A DNA stretch of 64,000 nt, taken from NCBI RefSeq assembly GCF_006345805.1, contig NC_043009.1:26908001-26972000 (forward strand), written 5' to 3'. How positions within the stretch are numbered: position 1 is the stretch's first letter; every line of letters starts with the position of its first letter. This document shows, in pieces, positions 52,373 through 64,000 of this stretch. The notes beneath the pieces were generated by a model. The model saw only the letters and a program-made list of their open reading frames with translations. It did not search any database and was not told the DNA's origin. The DNA is from Octopus sinensis (Eukaryota). Position numbers and translations under genes: made by a program.

Positions 52373-53349
52373 CATTCCCTCCTCCTCCTCCTCCTCCTCC
52401 TCCTTTTCTCTCACTGTGTGTGTGTAACGCTCCTTTATTCGTTACTTGACACCAAACCGAGTATGTGCACTCATCCAGCACCTCTTTGGTTAATTTTTTT
52501 TCTCTATCTCTCTTTTACGTTCACTCGCCCATGTACGTTGTAATGTGTGACTGGAGAAATCATTCAACCAAGAAACCAACCGACCGACTTTCATATTGGC
52601 TATGGGTTGATTAACACTCCGTCGGTTACGACGATGAGGGTTCTAGTTGATCCGAACAACGGAACAGCCTGCTCGTGAAATTAACGTGCAAGTGGCTGAG
52701 CACTCCACAGACACGTGTACCCTTAACGCAGTTCTCGGGGGAGATTCAGCGTGACACAGAATGTGACATGGCTGGCCCTTTGAAATACACGTTCAACAGA
52801 AAGAGTGAGAGAAAGTTGTGGTGAAAGAGCACAGCAGGGTTCGCCACCACTCCCTGCCGGAGCCTCGTGGAGCTTTAGGTGTTTTCGCTCAATAAACACT
52901 CACAACGTCCGGTCTGGGGATCGAAAGCGCGATCCTACGACTGCAAGTTCGCTGCCCCAACCACTGGGCCATTGCGATATCGGCTATTATTAAATAGAGA
53001 TCATACAGTTTCGATGTGGTATTTAAAAGGTGACGTCTAGTTTCACTCTTAATACTCTGAGGACAACAAAATATTCAATGTACCTGATTTATTTCACTGG
53101 AATTTACTCCATAAAATTGTTTCAATGTACTGAGTCAACATCACTTAATACATGGAAATTTTCAAAACAAAAGATTTTAAAATTCGCATGAGATCATTTT
53201 ATTTTATTTTCAAGAACATTTATTGTAAAATATCAACGCTGGGAGTCCTTAAAACTGAAATTCTCCAATATATTCAGTCGAAAACATTATTTTTCTCCTT
53301 TTGGTTGTCATTAAAAACAGTTTCCGATTTTACTATACTTTCATGTTTT

Positions 53350-53554
53350 TCAGTTGTCCAAATCTTCAAGCGTCTGAGGTAAGTCTTTATCTTTCGTTTC
53401 TGGCAAGAATAGCAACAGTATACTGGACATAACCGAGAGAACACCGTAAATACTGAGAGGAAGCCATTTGGCATAAAATGAAAGTTGCAGTATAAAGGGT
53501 GAACTTATAGAACCGACGCAGGAAAAAACGGAAGATATACCCAACCCATTTGTT
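53350..53554 (-). CDS. SLC22 gene C terminal exon
   Basis: ttgcag|A ACA AAT GGG; TNGLGISSVFSCVGSISSPF...[18 protein letters not shown]. Confidence 0.9.
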
Positions 53555-55767
53555 CTGCAAACAAAAATAATATAGGTTAATATAATCTGGTAGGATTTAT
53601 TTCTTTCGTTTGTTTTAAGAATTCATTTCTACATAGAAACAAAAGAAAATAGCCGGAATGCTGAAGAAGTCTGATCAGCCAGTAGTATTGAGAAATTATT
53701 GAATACTAATATCTTTACACTGTAAAATGTACACTCTGTCGTGCTAAATAATCAGTGGTGCCAATCGCCTCATTCTTGTTTTGAGATTATCTGTAATTAT
53801 ATCATAGACTGATGTAATATATCCAGCAATGGACTTATGTCGCGTTTACTTGACGGCTCATTGTCTATTGGTAAACACAGTTCTCTACTATGTGCACCAT
53901 CCTTAATTAGTAACGGGATGTTAAAGTCCATCATCGATAGATGAGCAAAACATGCAATGAAATGAACTGACGTGATCACATAATATAAAAGATGAAAAGA
54001 TAGGTTCATGATGAGATGAATAACTCCTATAGTGACAGGTTCAAATATTAATTTGATGGTAAAACGATTAAAACATGCACTGAATCGGTGAAGCAGTGAA
54101 GTTATGGTGAGGTGGCGCGCAAGTTAGTAATAATTGGGTGAAATGTGAAATTGTTGCGCTTGATACAAGCATTGTGCCGCAACAACCAACATAGATAAAT
54201 AATTTGAAAATTTATCAACTTGGTTATATTGTAACAAACATTTTCACGTAGAAAGTCACAATAACACTTACCGAACAACTGTCGGGAATATTTCTGCTGA
54301 TAAGAGATAGTTTGAAGCAAAAGCTGCAGAGACTCCAAACTTTCCTAGCATAACCAGGATAAGAGGCAACCAGGATGAACCTAAAATATAAAATCGAAAT
54401 CCAATCCCAGGTATTATGAAATGTAAAAAATAAAAAAAAAAAAAATTCATTAGCGTGGAAGAAAAACATTGTCATGTAATCCTACATCGTATCTGACAAT
54501 AAATGATTTTTGTTAAGTCAAAGAATTTCGTGTCTAAAATAAATGCCAAATCTTCATCTTATTAAAGGAAAATTATTTCGAGTCTCTTATCATCCGGAAC
54601 ATATCGTAACAATTCGTATAATATAACTCAACCAAATAATTGCACAATGCAAGTAGTTTGATAACGATAACAAAGATCCTACGATTGTTGAGCAAATAAT
54701 TCAAAATCTGGTAAGAAACGGAAGATCTATCATTGACATATTGACTGTACAACAAATGTATGTAAACACATCGTATAATATTAGTTTCAAATTTTGGCAC
54801 AAGGCTAACGATTTCGAGGTCGGGGTGGGGTGGGTAAGTCAATTACATCAACCCAAGTACTCAACTGGTACTTATTTTATCGACTTCAAAAGGATGAAAG
54901 GCGAAACCAAGCTCGGCGGAGTTTTAACTCAGAACAAAAAGTGAGAAGAAATGTCGCTAAGCATTTTGTCTGGCGCGGCAACGATTCTGCCACCTCGCCA
55001 CTTTAATCACGTGGTATAAAATTAAAATCCAGTAAAAATATGGTGAATTCATTTTGTCGTTCCGCGTAAAGCTTTTCTTCGTAGTTCTTCATGAATTAAT
55101 AAATTTGTATCGAAAAGCATATTTGTAGTTCAGTATTAGTGAGTCATAACCAGGTGTTACAATATATTTGTGAATATTTTTTTGTTTTACACAACCTAAA
55201 AAATACTCATTACAAATTGATTCAAATATTGATTTTATATAAGTCAAACTCAATAATGATCTCCTTGAAAAATAATTAAAAGTGCATAAATTATAAAAAA
55301 TTGATATACATTACCTTCGGTGACAAAATTTGAGATGATGCAATTTAATCCACTAAACATCAGAAAGAAGCTAATAGGCTTGCGATGGTCAAAACGAGTA
55401 AACAAATAATAACAGAATAAAAGGGATGGGAATTCAACAACTATCAGCAACAGGTAGTTTAAATAGTGGTTTCCTGTCATATCAACGGAATTAAGAGTTA
55501 CTCCATAATATAACATACTGGTGACAAACCTGTAAAACAATAACTTTACATTACATCACCAAACTTATGTTGTTTACGATATGTATTACACATGCGTTAA
55601 AATATAAGAAAATATTTCATACGTAATTCTGTTTGAAACACAAAAATATATCCTACTCAACAATGCTATCCTTAAATCTACACCATGTTCCTATAATGGC
55701 CCAACATTCTACAGACTACATATAAAACAGAGATGTCCACCTTTGCCACATCTTTAGTTAATAATAG

Positions 55768-55856
<89 letters not shown>

Positions 55857-56110
55857 ACATACATACATACATACATACATACACACATACATACGTACGT
55901 ACATACATACATACATACATACGTACATACAAACATACATACATATATATACGATGGGCTTCTTTCAGTTTCCGTCTACCAAATCCACTCACAAGGCTTT
56001 GGTCGGCCGAGGCTATAGTAGAAGACACTTGCCCAAGGTGCCACGCAGTGAGACTGAACCCGGAACCATGTGGTTGGTAAGCAAGCTACTTACTACACAC
56101 ACACACACAC

Positions 56111-56171
<61 letters not shown>

Positions 56172-58820
56172 GAGGCGCAATGGCCCAGTGGTTAGGGCAG
56201 CGGACTCGCGGTCGTAGGATCGCGGTTTCGATTCCCAGACCAGGCGTTGTGAGTGTTTATTGAGCGAAAACACCTAAAGCTCCACGAGGCTCCGGCATGG
56301 GATGTTACTCCTTCTTTCACTCTTTCTTCTGTTGGCCTGCTCGCTTAGCCAGCGGAGTGGCGTCATTTGATGGCTAAAAAACAATTCGACGCGCATTGTG
56401 ACCAGCGATGTGTAGCAACATCTGATAGCCTGGTCGATCACGGTGATCACGGTCACACATATATATAAATATATACCTCCACATATAGAAAGACAGGGAG
56501 AGATAGGAGATAGATAGAGATAGTCAAATATATATATAGGGGGTGGTGATCCTTGCTGTACTCTTTCACCACTTCTTTCTTCCACTCTTTCTTCTGTTGG
56601 CCTGCTCGCTTAGCCAGCGGGGTGACGTCATTCGAAGGTTAAAACAATGCGAACGCATTGCGACCAGCTATGTGTAACAACATCTGATGGTCTGGTCGGT
56701 CACGTGATCACGTGAGAGAAAGCGAGAGAGAGAGAGCTGACATAAATACAGCGATTTCGACTTATTTGTATCTCATCAGATTCTACAGTATTACTTTCAG
56801 GTATTTTATTCTCACTTTTATATAGCCGATAATTATTTAATATTTATCCTCTAATGGTAATATTTAGCAATTCTTGTTTAATTTATGCCTTATAGATTAT
56901 TCTTGTAATTCTTATTCTAGATTATTCTTGTAATTCTTATTCTAGATTATTCTTAACCGTTTGGGATGTGAAACTATATCTTAGCATCACTTTATATTTC
57001 ATTCTTCACACGGCAATATTCCCGTATCAATAACGCTCATCTCCTGGTGATAGATGTCTTCACCAGTACATTATTACTTTGAATCGCTATAAGTATCGAT
57101 TGTTCTGTATATCTGCAATGACTATTATTTGAATGTGATATTTGAGTGTATAATCTCAGTGACTAACATAGATGATATTCCAATAAACAATTCAGTTATG
57201 TTTGTCTCCCGACTCCCTAATGCTATTTAATATTGGCCAATATTAATTTTATCTGAGAATTTAATGGCAACATAACATTAACATACAATTAACATACATT
57301 AGAAATTGTTAAAAGGATATTTACCAGCTAAAGCAAATATTAAGTGTGATTAATGCAATCCGCCATGTTTTAAATAGGTCAATAAAAGTATAATTCTTTA
57401 CTTTGGGTAAATCTTTTCCCTCGGATATATTTTCTTGAAAACTATTCTTCAATGAAGTCTCTTCTGCGTTATTTGTAAAAATATCTAACATCTCCAGATT
57501 TTCCTTTTTATTTTTCTTCATTATTTTTCGAAAAAGTGCTTTTGCTTCTGTTAACCGTTTTCTTTCAATCAGCCATCTTGGAGATTCAGGGAGAAACCTG
57601 AAGTTGTTCGATAAAAAGAGGCATAAAAGAATTATTGGTAATTAGGTATCAGTATAATCGTTGCTCTTGTATACAGCGATAATTTGAAAACGCATATATA
57701 TTCATACATATATAAGTATGTGTGTATGTTTGTACCACACATACATTAATTTAGCTCAGAAATGAGAGTAATGCAACGTTCTTTTCCTAAAAGATAGATT
57801 TGAGAAAAACACCAAGACAAAAGCTGATATTGTAGCGAATGCATATCAACACAGTGATCGTTGTAAACATAAGAAATATATTCTATCAGTTTTGATAGAA
57901 TATATTTATTGTAAACATAGATATTAAAACTGACAGATGTGAATCGAACAAATCTAAGGAAGAAGAATTAAGAAAAAAAACAAAGTAAAATATAGGATAT
58001 GGTTTATCGAGAAATGAAGCAAAAAAGAATTTCAGTTTTATTTCGGATATTTAATTTTCCGAGTTAGAAAATGAGCGTTGGTGAGAAATAAGGAAAATAT
58101 TCTTTCTTGCAATTAGAATTATGGACGGAAAAAACACTGGTTTCAAATTTTGGCACAAAGCCAGAAATTTTGAGAGAGGGGTTCAGTCCTAGTAAAATAT
58201 TCGTTTCTGCTCTAGGCACAAGGCCCGAAATGTTGGTGGGATGGGGGCCAGTCGATTAGATCGACCCCAGTACGCAACAGGTACTTAATTTATCGACCTC
58301 GAAAGGATAATAGGCAAAGTCGACCTTTGAACTCGGCGGAATTTGAACTCAGAACGTAACGGTAGACGAAATACTTATTTCTTTACTACCCTCAAGGGGC
58401 TAAAAACAGAAAGGAAAAATAAGGACAGATAAACGGATTAAGTCGATTATATCAACCCCAGTGCGTAACTGGTACTTGTTTAATCGACCCCGAAAGCATG
58501 AAAGGTAAAGTCGATTTCGGCGGAAGTTGAACTCAGAGAGTAGCGGCAGACGAAATACCGCTAAGCATTTCGCCCTGCGTGCTAACGTTTCTGCCAGCTC
58601 GCCGCCTTAGCCCTAGTAAAATGTTGTTAAATAAAAATATACTTAACTCACATCCAAACGAAAAAATTGAGTATAGGCAGGATACACATTGTCAGTTCTA
58701 AATAATGCCAGTCGGATATGGCATATGCAAGCCCTGTTACAATTAACCCTCCTGATGCATAGACGCCTCCATAGAAAAAACCAACAGGTGTACGATGTTT
58801 TACTGACGTAAATTCCAAAA
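53350..58820 (-). CDS. SLC22-family transporter gene C, 3' part (exons 58820-58652, 57597-57325, 55529-55315, 54380-54272, 53554-53350); 5' exons probably lie beyond the window
   Basis: Exon-by-exon paralog of gene B with the same 169/215/109-nt exons. Motifs [48 protein letters not shown] boundaries and compatible phases. Confidence 0.92.
54272..54380 (-). CDS. SLC22 gene C exon
   Basis: [36 protein letters not shown]. Confidence 0.92.
55315..55529 (-). CDS. SLC22 gene C exon
   Basis: FVTSMLYYGVTLNSVDMTGNHYLNYLLLIVVEFP...SNFVTE. Confidence 0.92.
56170..56713 (+). mobile_element. SINE family 3 with a duplicated 3' half
   Basis: A tRNA-like head at 56171, then two copies of the TCTTCTGTTGGCCTGCTCGCTTAGCCAGCGG...GATCAC block. 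Confidence 0.75.
57325..57597 (-). CDS. SLC22 gene C exon
   Basis: [18 protein letters not shown]...TFIDLFKTWRIALITLNICFSW. Confidence 0.92.
58140..58608 (-). mobile_element. SINE family 2 dimer (Nin-domain-like)
   Basis: Two tandem copies of the family 2 body on the minus strand. Confidence 0.7.
58652..58820 (-). CDS. SLC22 gene C exon
   Basis: LEFTSVKHRTPVGFFYGGVYASGGLIVTGLAYAISDWHYLELTMCILPILNFFVW. Confidence 0.92.
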
Positions 58821-59259
58821 CTGTAAAATTAAAAACATACATTAATATAATAGGAATTTTTTAGCAATGTATATATATATAAAAAAAGGGAGGCACAGTA
58901 AAGTACGATACACATCCAAAATCAGGTCCAGCAGGGGCTCCACAATTCATACGAGGCAAATATAAAAAGGAATAAGGAGAATGTAAGTGTGGTATCCACA
59001 CACACACAAATGCATGTGCACACACACACACATACACACACACACACAAATATATAATAACAATAATTCTAGGATGGAATTTATAAACATTCAAAAATTA
59101 TTGAATGAGAGGAATGAGAAGGTTTCGACCTGTCTACATGCACAAAAATACATATTTTCCAAATATCACTAATTGATTCCTAAATCATTATTATTAAATA
59201 GTAGATTGGATACGTTCTATATTAACCATAAAAATAATTTTTTATTTTATTTTATAGTA

Positions 59260-61994
59260 TTTTTTTGTAGCTTCAGCTCATAACTGTGGCCATGCTGGGG
59301 CACCGCCGTTTTGCTACACTGCTATTACTGAGAGCCTCCTCTAATATGTGGCATTTGGTGTAGAATGGAGTTTGATGTAGCTACCCTCATTTGCACCTCT
59401 TGCCGTGAGGTAGGTTCATCTGGGACTCTCAACAGGAAGAGGTCCAGCCTTGATTTAAAAACGCCTACATCTACTTTGTGTAGATTCCTCAGGCTCTTTG
59501 GGAGAATATTAAAAAGCTGTGGGCCCCCGAAACCCAGGCTGTTGCAGTAACTGGTCCTGAAGCGCAATGGCATTTCTAGGATCTTTGGCACTGTACAGTA
59601 TCGACCCGTTCTGGCATCGGTGTAGCTTTCAATGCCAAAATTTGGCACAATTCCTTCCAAGATCTTCCAGGTGTATATTACTGCATACCTCTACCGCTTT
59701 CGCTTCAGGGGTAGAGTCTTAGCTGTTTCAGCCTTTCCCAGTAGCTGAGGTGTTGCAAAGAGACGATCTTCTTTGTGAAGATTCGCTGGATTGCTTCAAG
59801 GTCTGCTGTTAATTTTACACTGTTGGATGACCATAGCTGGGAGCAGTAACTCAGGCGGCTGAGTACGTATGTCCTTCAGAGGATCATCGTAGTTTCCTTA
59901 TCTTTGGTTCTGAATGTTCTCAGGATCAATCCGGCCAATTGTTTGCACTTTGTCGCCATCCTGGTGACGTGCACTTGGAAACAGTTATCATCACTCATGT
60001 CGATGCCCAGGTCCCTCACTGATTTAGGCTCTGGGATTATAATTCCTCGTGGACCAGTTCACCCTGTAAGTTTCATATTCAGTTTTGGACACTGGTAGCG
60101 CAGAGATTGGAATTTTTCAGCATTATTATCCTCAGCCTATCTGTAAATTGAGTCCAAGTCCTGCTGCAGATGTGCAACATTGCTGGGGTTCTTTATTTTC
60201 TTCAAGACTTTTGTATAGTCTGCGTAGCTAACAAGAGTGGCATATCTGAGGGCATATCTGAGGGCATATCTGAGAGGGCCACTATGAAAAGCAGTGGTCT
60301 CAAGACAGTGCCCCGTGGAGCAGCGCTCACTATTTGTGTTTTCATTGTGGTGGCGCCATTAGCCACTACTGCTTGACCTCTATCTCTCAGAAAGTTACGT
60401 AACCACTCTTCAAGTTTTCCAGCTATGCCGAGATCACGCAGTTTGTGGCATATCATACCATGATCCACTTTGTCAAAAGCAGATGTGCAACATTGCTGGG
60501 GTTCTTTATTTTCTTCAAGACTTTTGTATAGTCTGCGTAGCTAACAAGAGTGGCATATCTGAGGGCATATCTGAGGGCATATCTGAGGGCATATCTGAGA
60601 GGGCCACTATGAAAAGCAGTGGTCTCAAGACAGTGCCCCGTGGAGCAGCGCTCACTATTTGTGTTTTCATTGTGGTGGCGCCATTAGCCACTACTGCTTG
60701 ACCTCTATCTCTCAGAAAGTTATGTAACCACTCTTCAAGTTTTCCAGCTATGCCGAGATCACGCAGTTTGTGGCATATCATACCATAATCCACTTTGTCA
60801 AAAGCTTTTGCAAAATCAATGTATATTACATCCACGTTTGAGTTGTTGAGTAACTGCCTCAACACCCAGTCATAATATTTTAAGAGCTGGGTCAGGCAGC
60901 TCCGACCTGGTCGAAAGCCATGCTGGGTATCACTCAGCAAATTATTTTCTTCAAGGAATGCGATTAGTTTCCCTCTGACTATCCATTCCATGACTTTGCT
61001 GATGTGTGTAGTCAGAGAGATAGGCCTATAGTTTTTTGCATCTGCTCTGCTTCCCCCTTTATGGGTTAGGCATATTATTCCCTCCTTCAGCTTGCTTAGC
61101 AGTGTGCCATTTGCAAGAAAGCTCTGGAGGGGTTTTGCCAAGGCATGCTGAAACGATTTGAGGAGGATTGCTTGGAAATCATCAGGCCCAGCAGTTGAGT
61201 TTGCGTCCACCTAATCTATGGCTAGTAGTATATCTTCTTCGCTAGTGTCAATGTATTCCATCGTAACTGCCTTGCTGATTATAGGTGAGGCGGCTAGGAA
61301 GTCCACTGGTTCGTTCATTTCTCTGTGTTCCAACGGGGTGGTAAAGACATTTTTGAAACTGGTCATTCAGTACCTCACTGATTCTAGTTGGACTATCTGT
61401 GAGGGAGCCATCCTTTTGGAAGAGGGGTCCTATCTTGCAGCGTGCTGATGCTGTTTCTTTGGCATAATGAAGGAAGGCATTTGGGGTTTACTTAATGTTT
61501 TTTATAACCCAGATTTCTTTGTCTGCTCTTTCCCTCATATAGGATTGTTGCAGGCTTTTTTCAATCTCCATCAGTGTTGTTTTTAGGTGGGACCTTTCGC
61601 TACTTTTGGGATGTTGATTGAGGCGATTTGCAACATTCAACCGTCGTCTCATGAGGATCTTCATCTCCCTTGGAATCTTGTTCCTATTTGTTGTGGCCTT
61701 GTGGTCTGGAACATATTTCTGGCATATGGCTTGCACAACAGACATGAAATATTTTAGTTTCATGTCAATGTCTGGTGTGGAGAGACATTTCGGACAGTTC
61801 TGTCGGCGGATCTATTTTTCGATCGATTTCCAGTCTGCTTTGTGGAAGTTCAGATTGGAGAGATTTCGGATGCTTCCTTTAGGCTGTATGTCGCTGGCTA
61901 CTTTCGGCCCAAACATAGACAGCTCTATTATGTTGTGATCCGAGACTAATGTCGGCGCCACTTTCACATCATGAATGATGTCTATATTGTTAAA
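59260..61994 (-). mobile_element. CR1/L2-group LINE, 5'-truncated ORF2 (APE C-terminus plus RT), frameshifted, in an intron of gene C
   Basis: Motifs LVSDHNIIEL, NYRPISLT, QHGFRPGRSCLTQL, VDVIYIDFAKAFDKV, PRGTVLRPLLF, GPQLFNILP and FKSRLDLFL. The 3' UTR is short and ends in an A-rich tail. Confidence 0.88.
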
Positions 61995-62469
61995 TTATTG
62001 ACTAATGTTTTGGTAAATGTCTGAATCATATATATCCTCTATGAATTATTATTATATACCCTTTATTTATCATTATAAAATAAAAATAAATTTATTGATA
62101 TATATCTGATTAGGTTAATAGTGTTGTATTATAGATATATTTCTATTAATAAACTATTAGATATTTTACCTTAATATACAAAACTATAACTTAAACATAA
62201 TACAAGTATATATATGTATGTTTGTTTTTTAGCTGCGCTTAAAACGGCAGACTTTGATGACGCATTAACAAAGTTTTGACATAGTTTCAATCTATGAAGT
62301 GGCGATGCTCGAGTTTGCTCTGAATTTGCTGCAAATGTGTAATGCCGACTTCAATTGTTGGTATTATTGGTTAATATTCCTTCTCTTAAAATTATGGAGA
62401 AAAACAATTACACGTACATTTAAAGCAAAATGAAGCTCAAGTTTCGAACTACACTGAAAATCTATTAAG

Positions 62470-62905
62470 AAGTTACGACTGCTACAGTATTCTTTCAGAA
62501 AAGTACAGGAAAATCCGTCGTTCGCTCAAAACCAATGACATCACAAAAAATACTTTTCGACCCTTTAGAATTGGAATTTATGAAAAGTAAAATTTTGTAT
62601 TATGTAGCTTGTTATTCTCTTTAAGTGAACATTTTTCTGGTTGAAATACACCGAAAAATGGCGACACAGCAGTCAATATCGTAAAAAATAGGGATTTTCA
62701 TAGAAAAAATAGCACCTTTTTGATGTAAATAGTTTTTGGTTTTAACATGGTCCGATTTGAATTTTTTCTTCTACGGAATGAAGAGCAAGCCTTCTATCAT
62801 ACTCTCAATTTTGGTCAACTTGCGCTGCAGGGTCTCGGAGAAGACAGTGTTAGCTGAAGGCTACCAAACCTGCCACACACACTGAGACAACTTCAGTTTT
62901 ATATA
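62470..62905 (-). mobile_element. Helitron-like fragment
   Basis: The end GACAACTTCAGTTTTATATATA resembles the 5' end of the Helitron at 49605-49998. Confidence 0.4.
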
Positions 62906-63300
62906 TATATTTTTATCTTAATTAATTGTATCCAGTTATATTAAAAATAGATAAATTTAAATAAATATTATATGTAAACAGTATAACTTTTAACAGCTGT
63001 ACAAATAATTAAGTTTTATATTAACTCCCAATAAGATATTTGAATGAACGAACAGGTCTATAAAATATACCGCTGGCCTTTTTCTTTAACTAAACACGAA
63101 TCAATGACGTAATACACATAGTACTTATCAGATAGATACGTAATACACATTTTCTGGGTATATAAATACATAGATATGTATTCTAAGGTTTCTATAAAAT
63201 ACAGATTATTATCTTATCTTAATCTTTAATTTATTCTACATATCCTATTTTACTTTATTTTATTTTATTTTATTTTCGCGTTTACCCTATTTTAGAACAA

Positions 63301-63357
<57 letters not shown>

Positions 63358-64000
63358 AAAGTAAGATAGGGGTCATGGGTGTAACCCACTATGGGATAGC
63401 ATCTATCCAATATACAGTTGGTAACGTTCCCAGATTTTTAATACATAAATATTTTTAATTGCAATGCAATTAACTCATTTATTGTATTAAATGGGTGAAG
63501 GTAAAGAATTATTTTTACCGTAAATTTATAATACAAATAAGAAAATGGAGAAACAAATTTAGTTTGTTCATCATCTTTCGGATATTATAATGTTGGATTA
63601 TTTATTCATTTAACAAAATGAAAACATCAATAGCATACATATAAATCTTATAATTCAATAAATATAAGATAAGAATACAAATTATAAACGTCATAACGTA
63701 AACATAAAAGTTATCCGAAACAATTTTCACAGTACTATATACTCCAATTTCAGGTTTATGTTACTTTCGGAGTATTTCCCCATTATGCGCCGTTTTGGCT
63801 ATTTATAAAGGTAACCCCTAAAAATCCGCGTATCTCGGGAATCCGTGGTCCGATTTACGTGAAACCTATTTTATACCGTTTGTATTCACGTTTCAGGGTT
63901 AACTTACTTTCAGCCGATTTGGTTGTATTAAATTACAGACATGCACACACACAAGCAAGCAATCACAGAGTTTTAGTATTAGTAGTAATATATATATATA

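Noticed and set aside
56171-56245. tRNA-like sequence (also 38255-38327 and other SINE heads)
   Set aside because: It has A/B boxes but no proper acceptor stem, and it continues into a repeated SINE body.

Overview
Eukaryotic, AT-rich, microsatellite- and SINE-dense DNA. The repeat families and their density look like an octopus or other coleoid cephalopod genome (inferred, not proven). The coding content is a cluster of SLC22-family (organic cation/anion, MFS) transporter genes. It comprises the last 3 exons of gene A (+, 4510-8450), an orphan stop-containing copy of a terminal exon (+, 20856-21063), a complete 9-exon gene B (+, 30411-45203, 551 aa from phase-compatible GT-AG joins), and the last 5 exons of a convergent paralog C (-, 58820-53350). 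The rest is mobile DNA: RTE, CR1-like and Tx1/L1-like LINE relics, three tRNA-derived SINE families, pogo and mariner elements, a Helitron, Penelope-like fold-backs and an inverting ~34-bp satellite. The main observations are: (1) minimal Penelope-type hammerhead ribozyme motifs with three different Watson-Crick pairs at core positions 3:8 (C:G, U:A, G:C); (2) hammerhead-bearing fold-backs just upstream of SLC22 exons; (3) R/C/S variation at the TM11 charge-selectivity residue among the paralogs; (4) a SINE and a LINE sharing a 3' tail; (5) an apparent CpG-depletion boundary at the end of gene A. Most ORFs in the supplied track are microsatellite or repeat artefacts.
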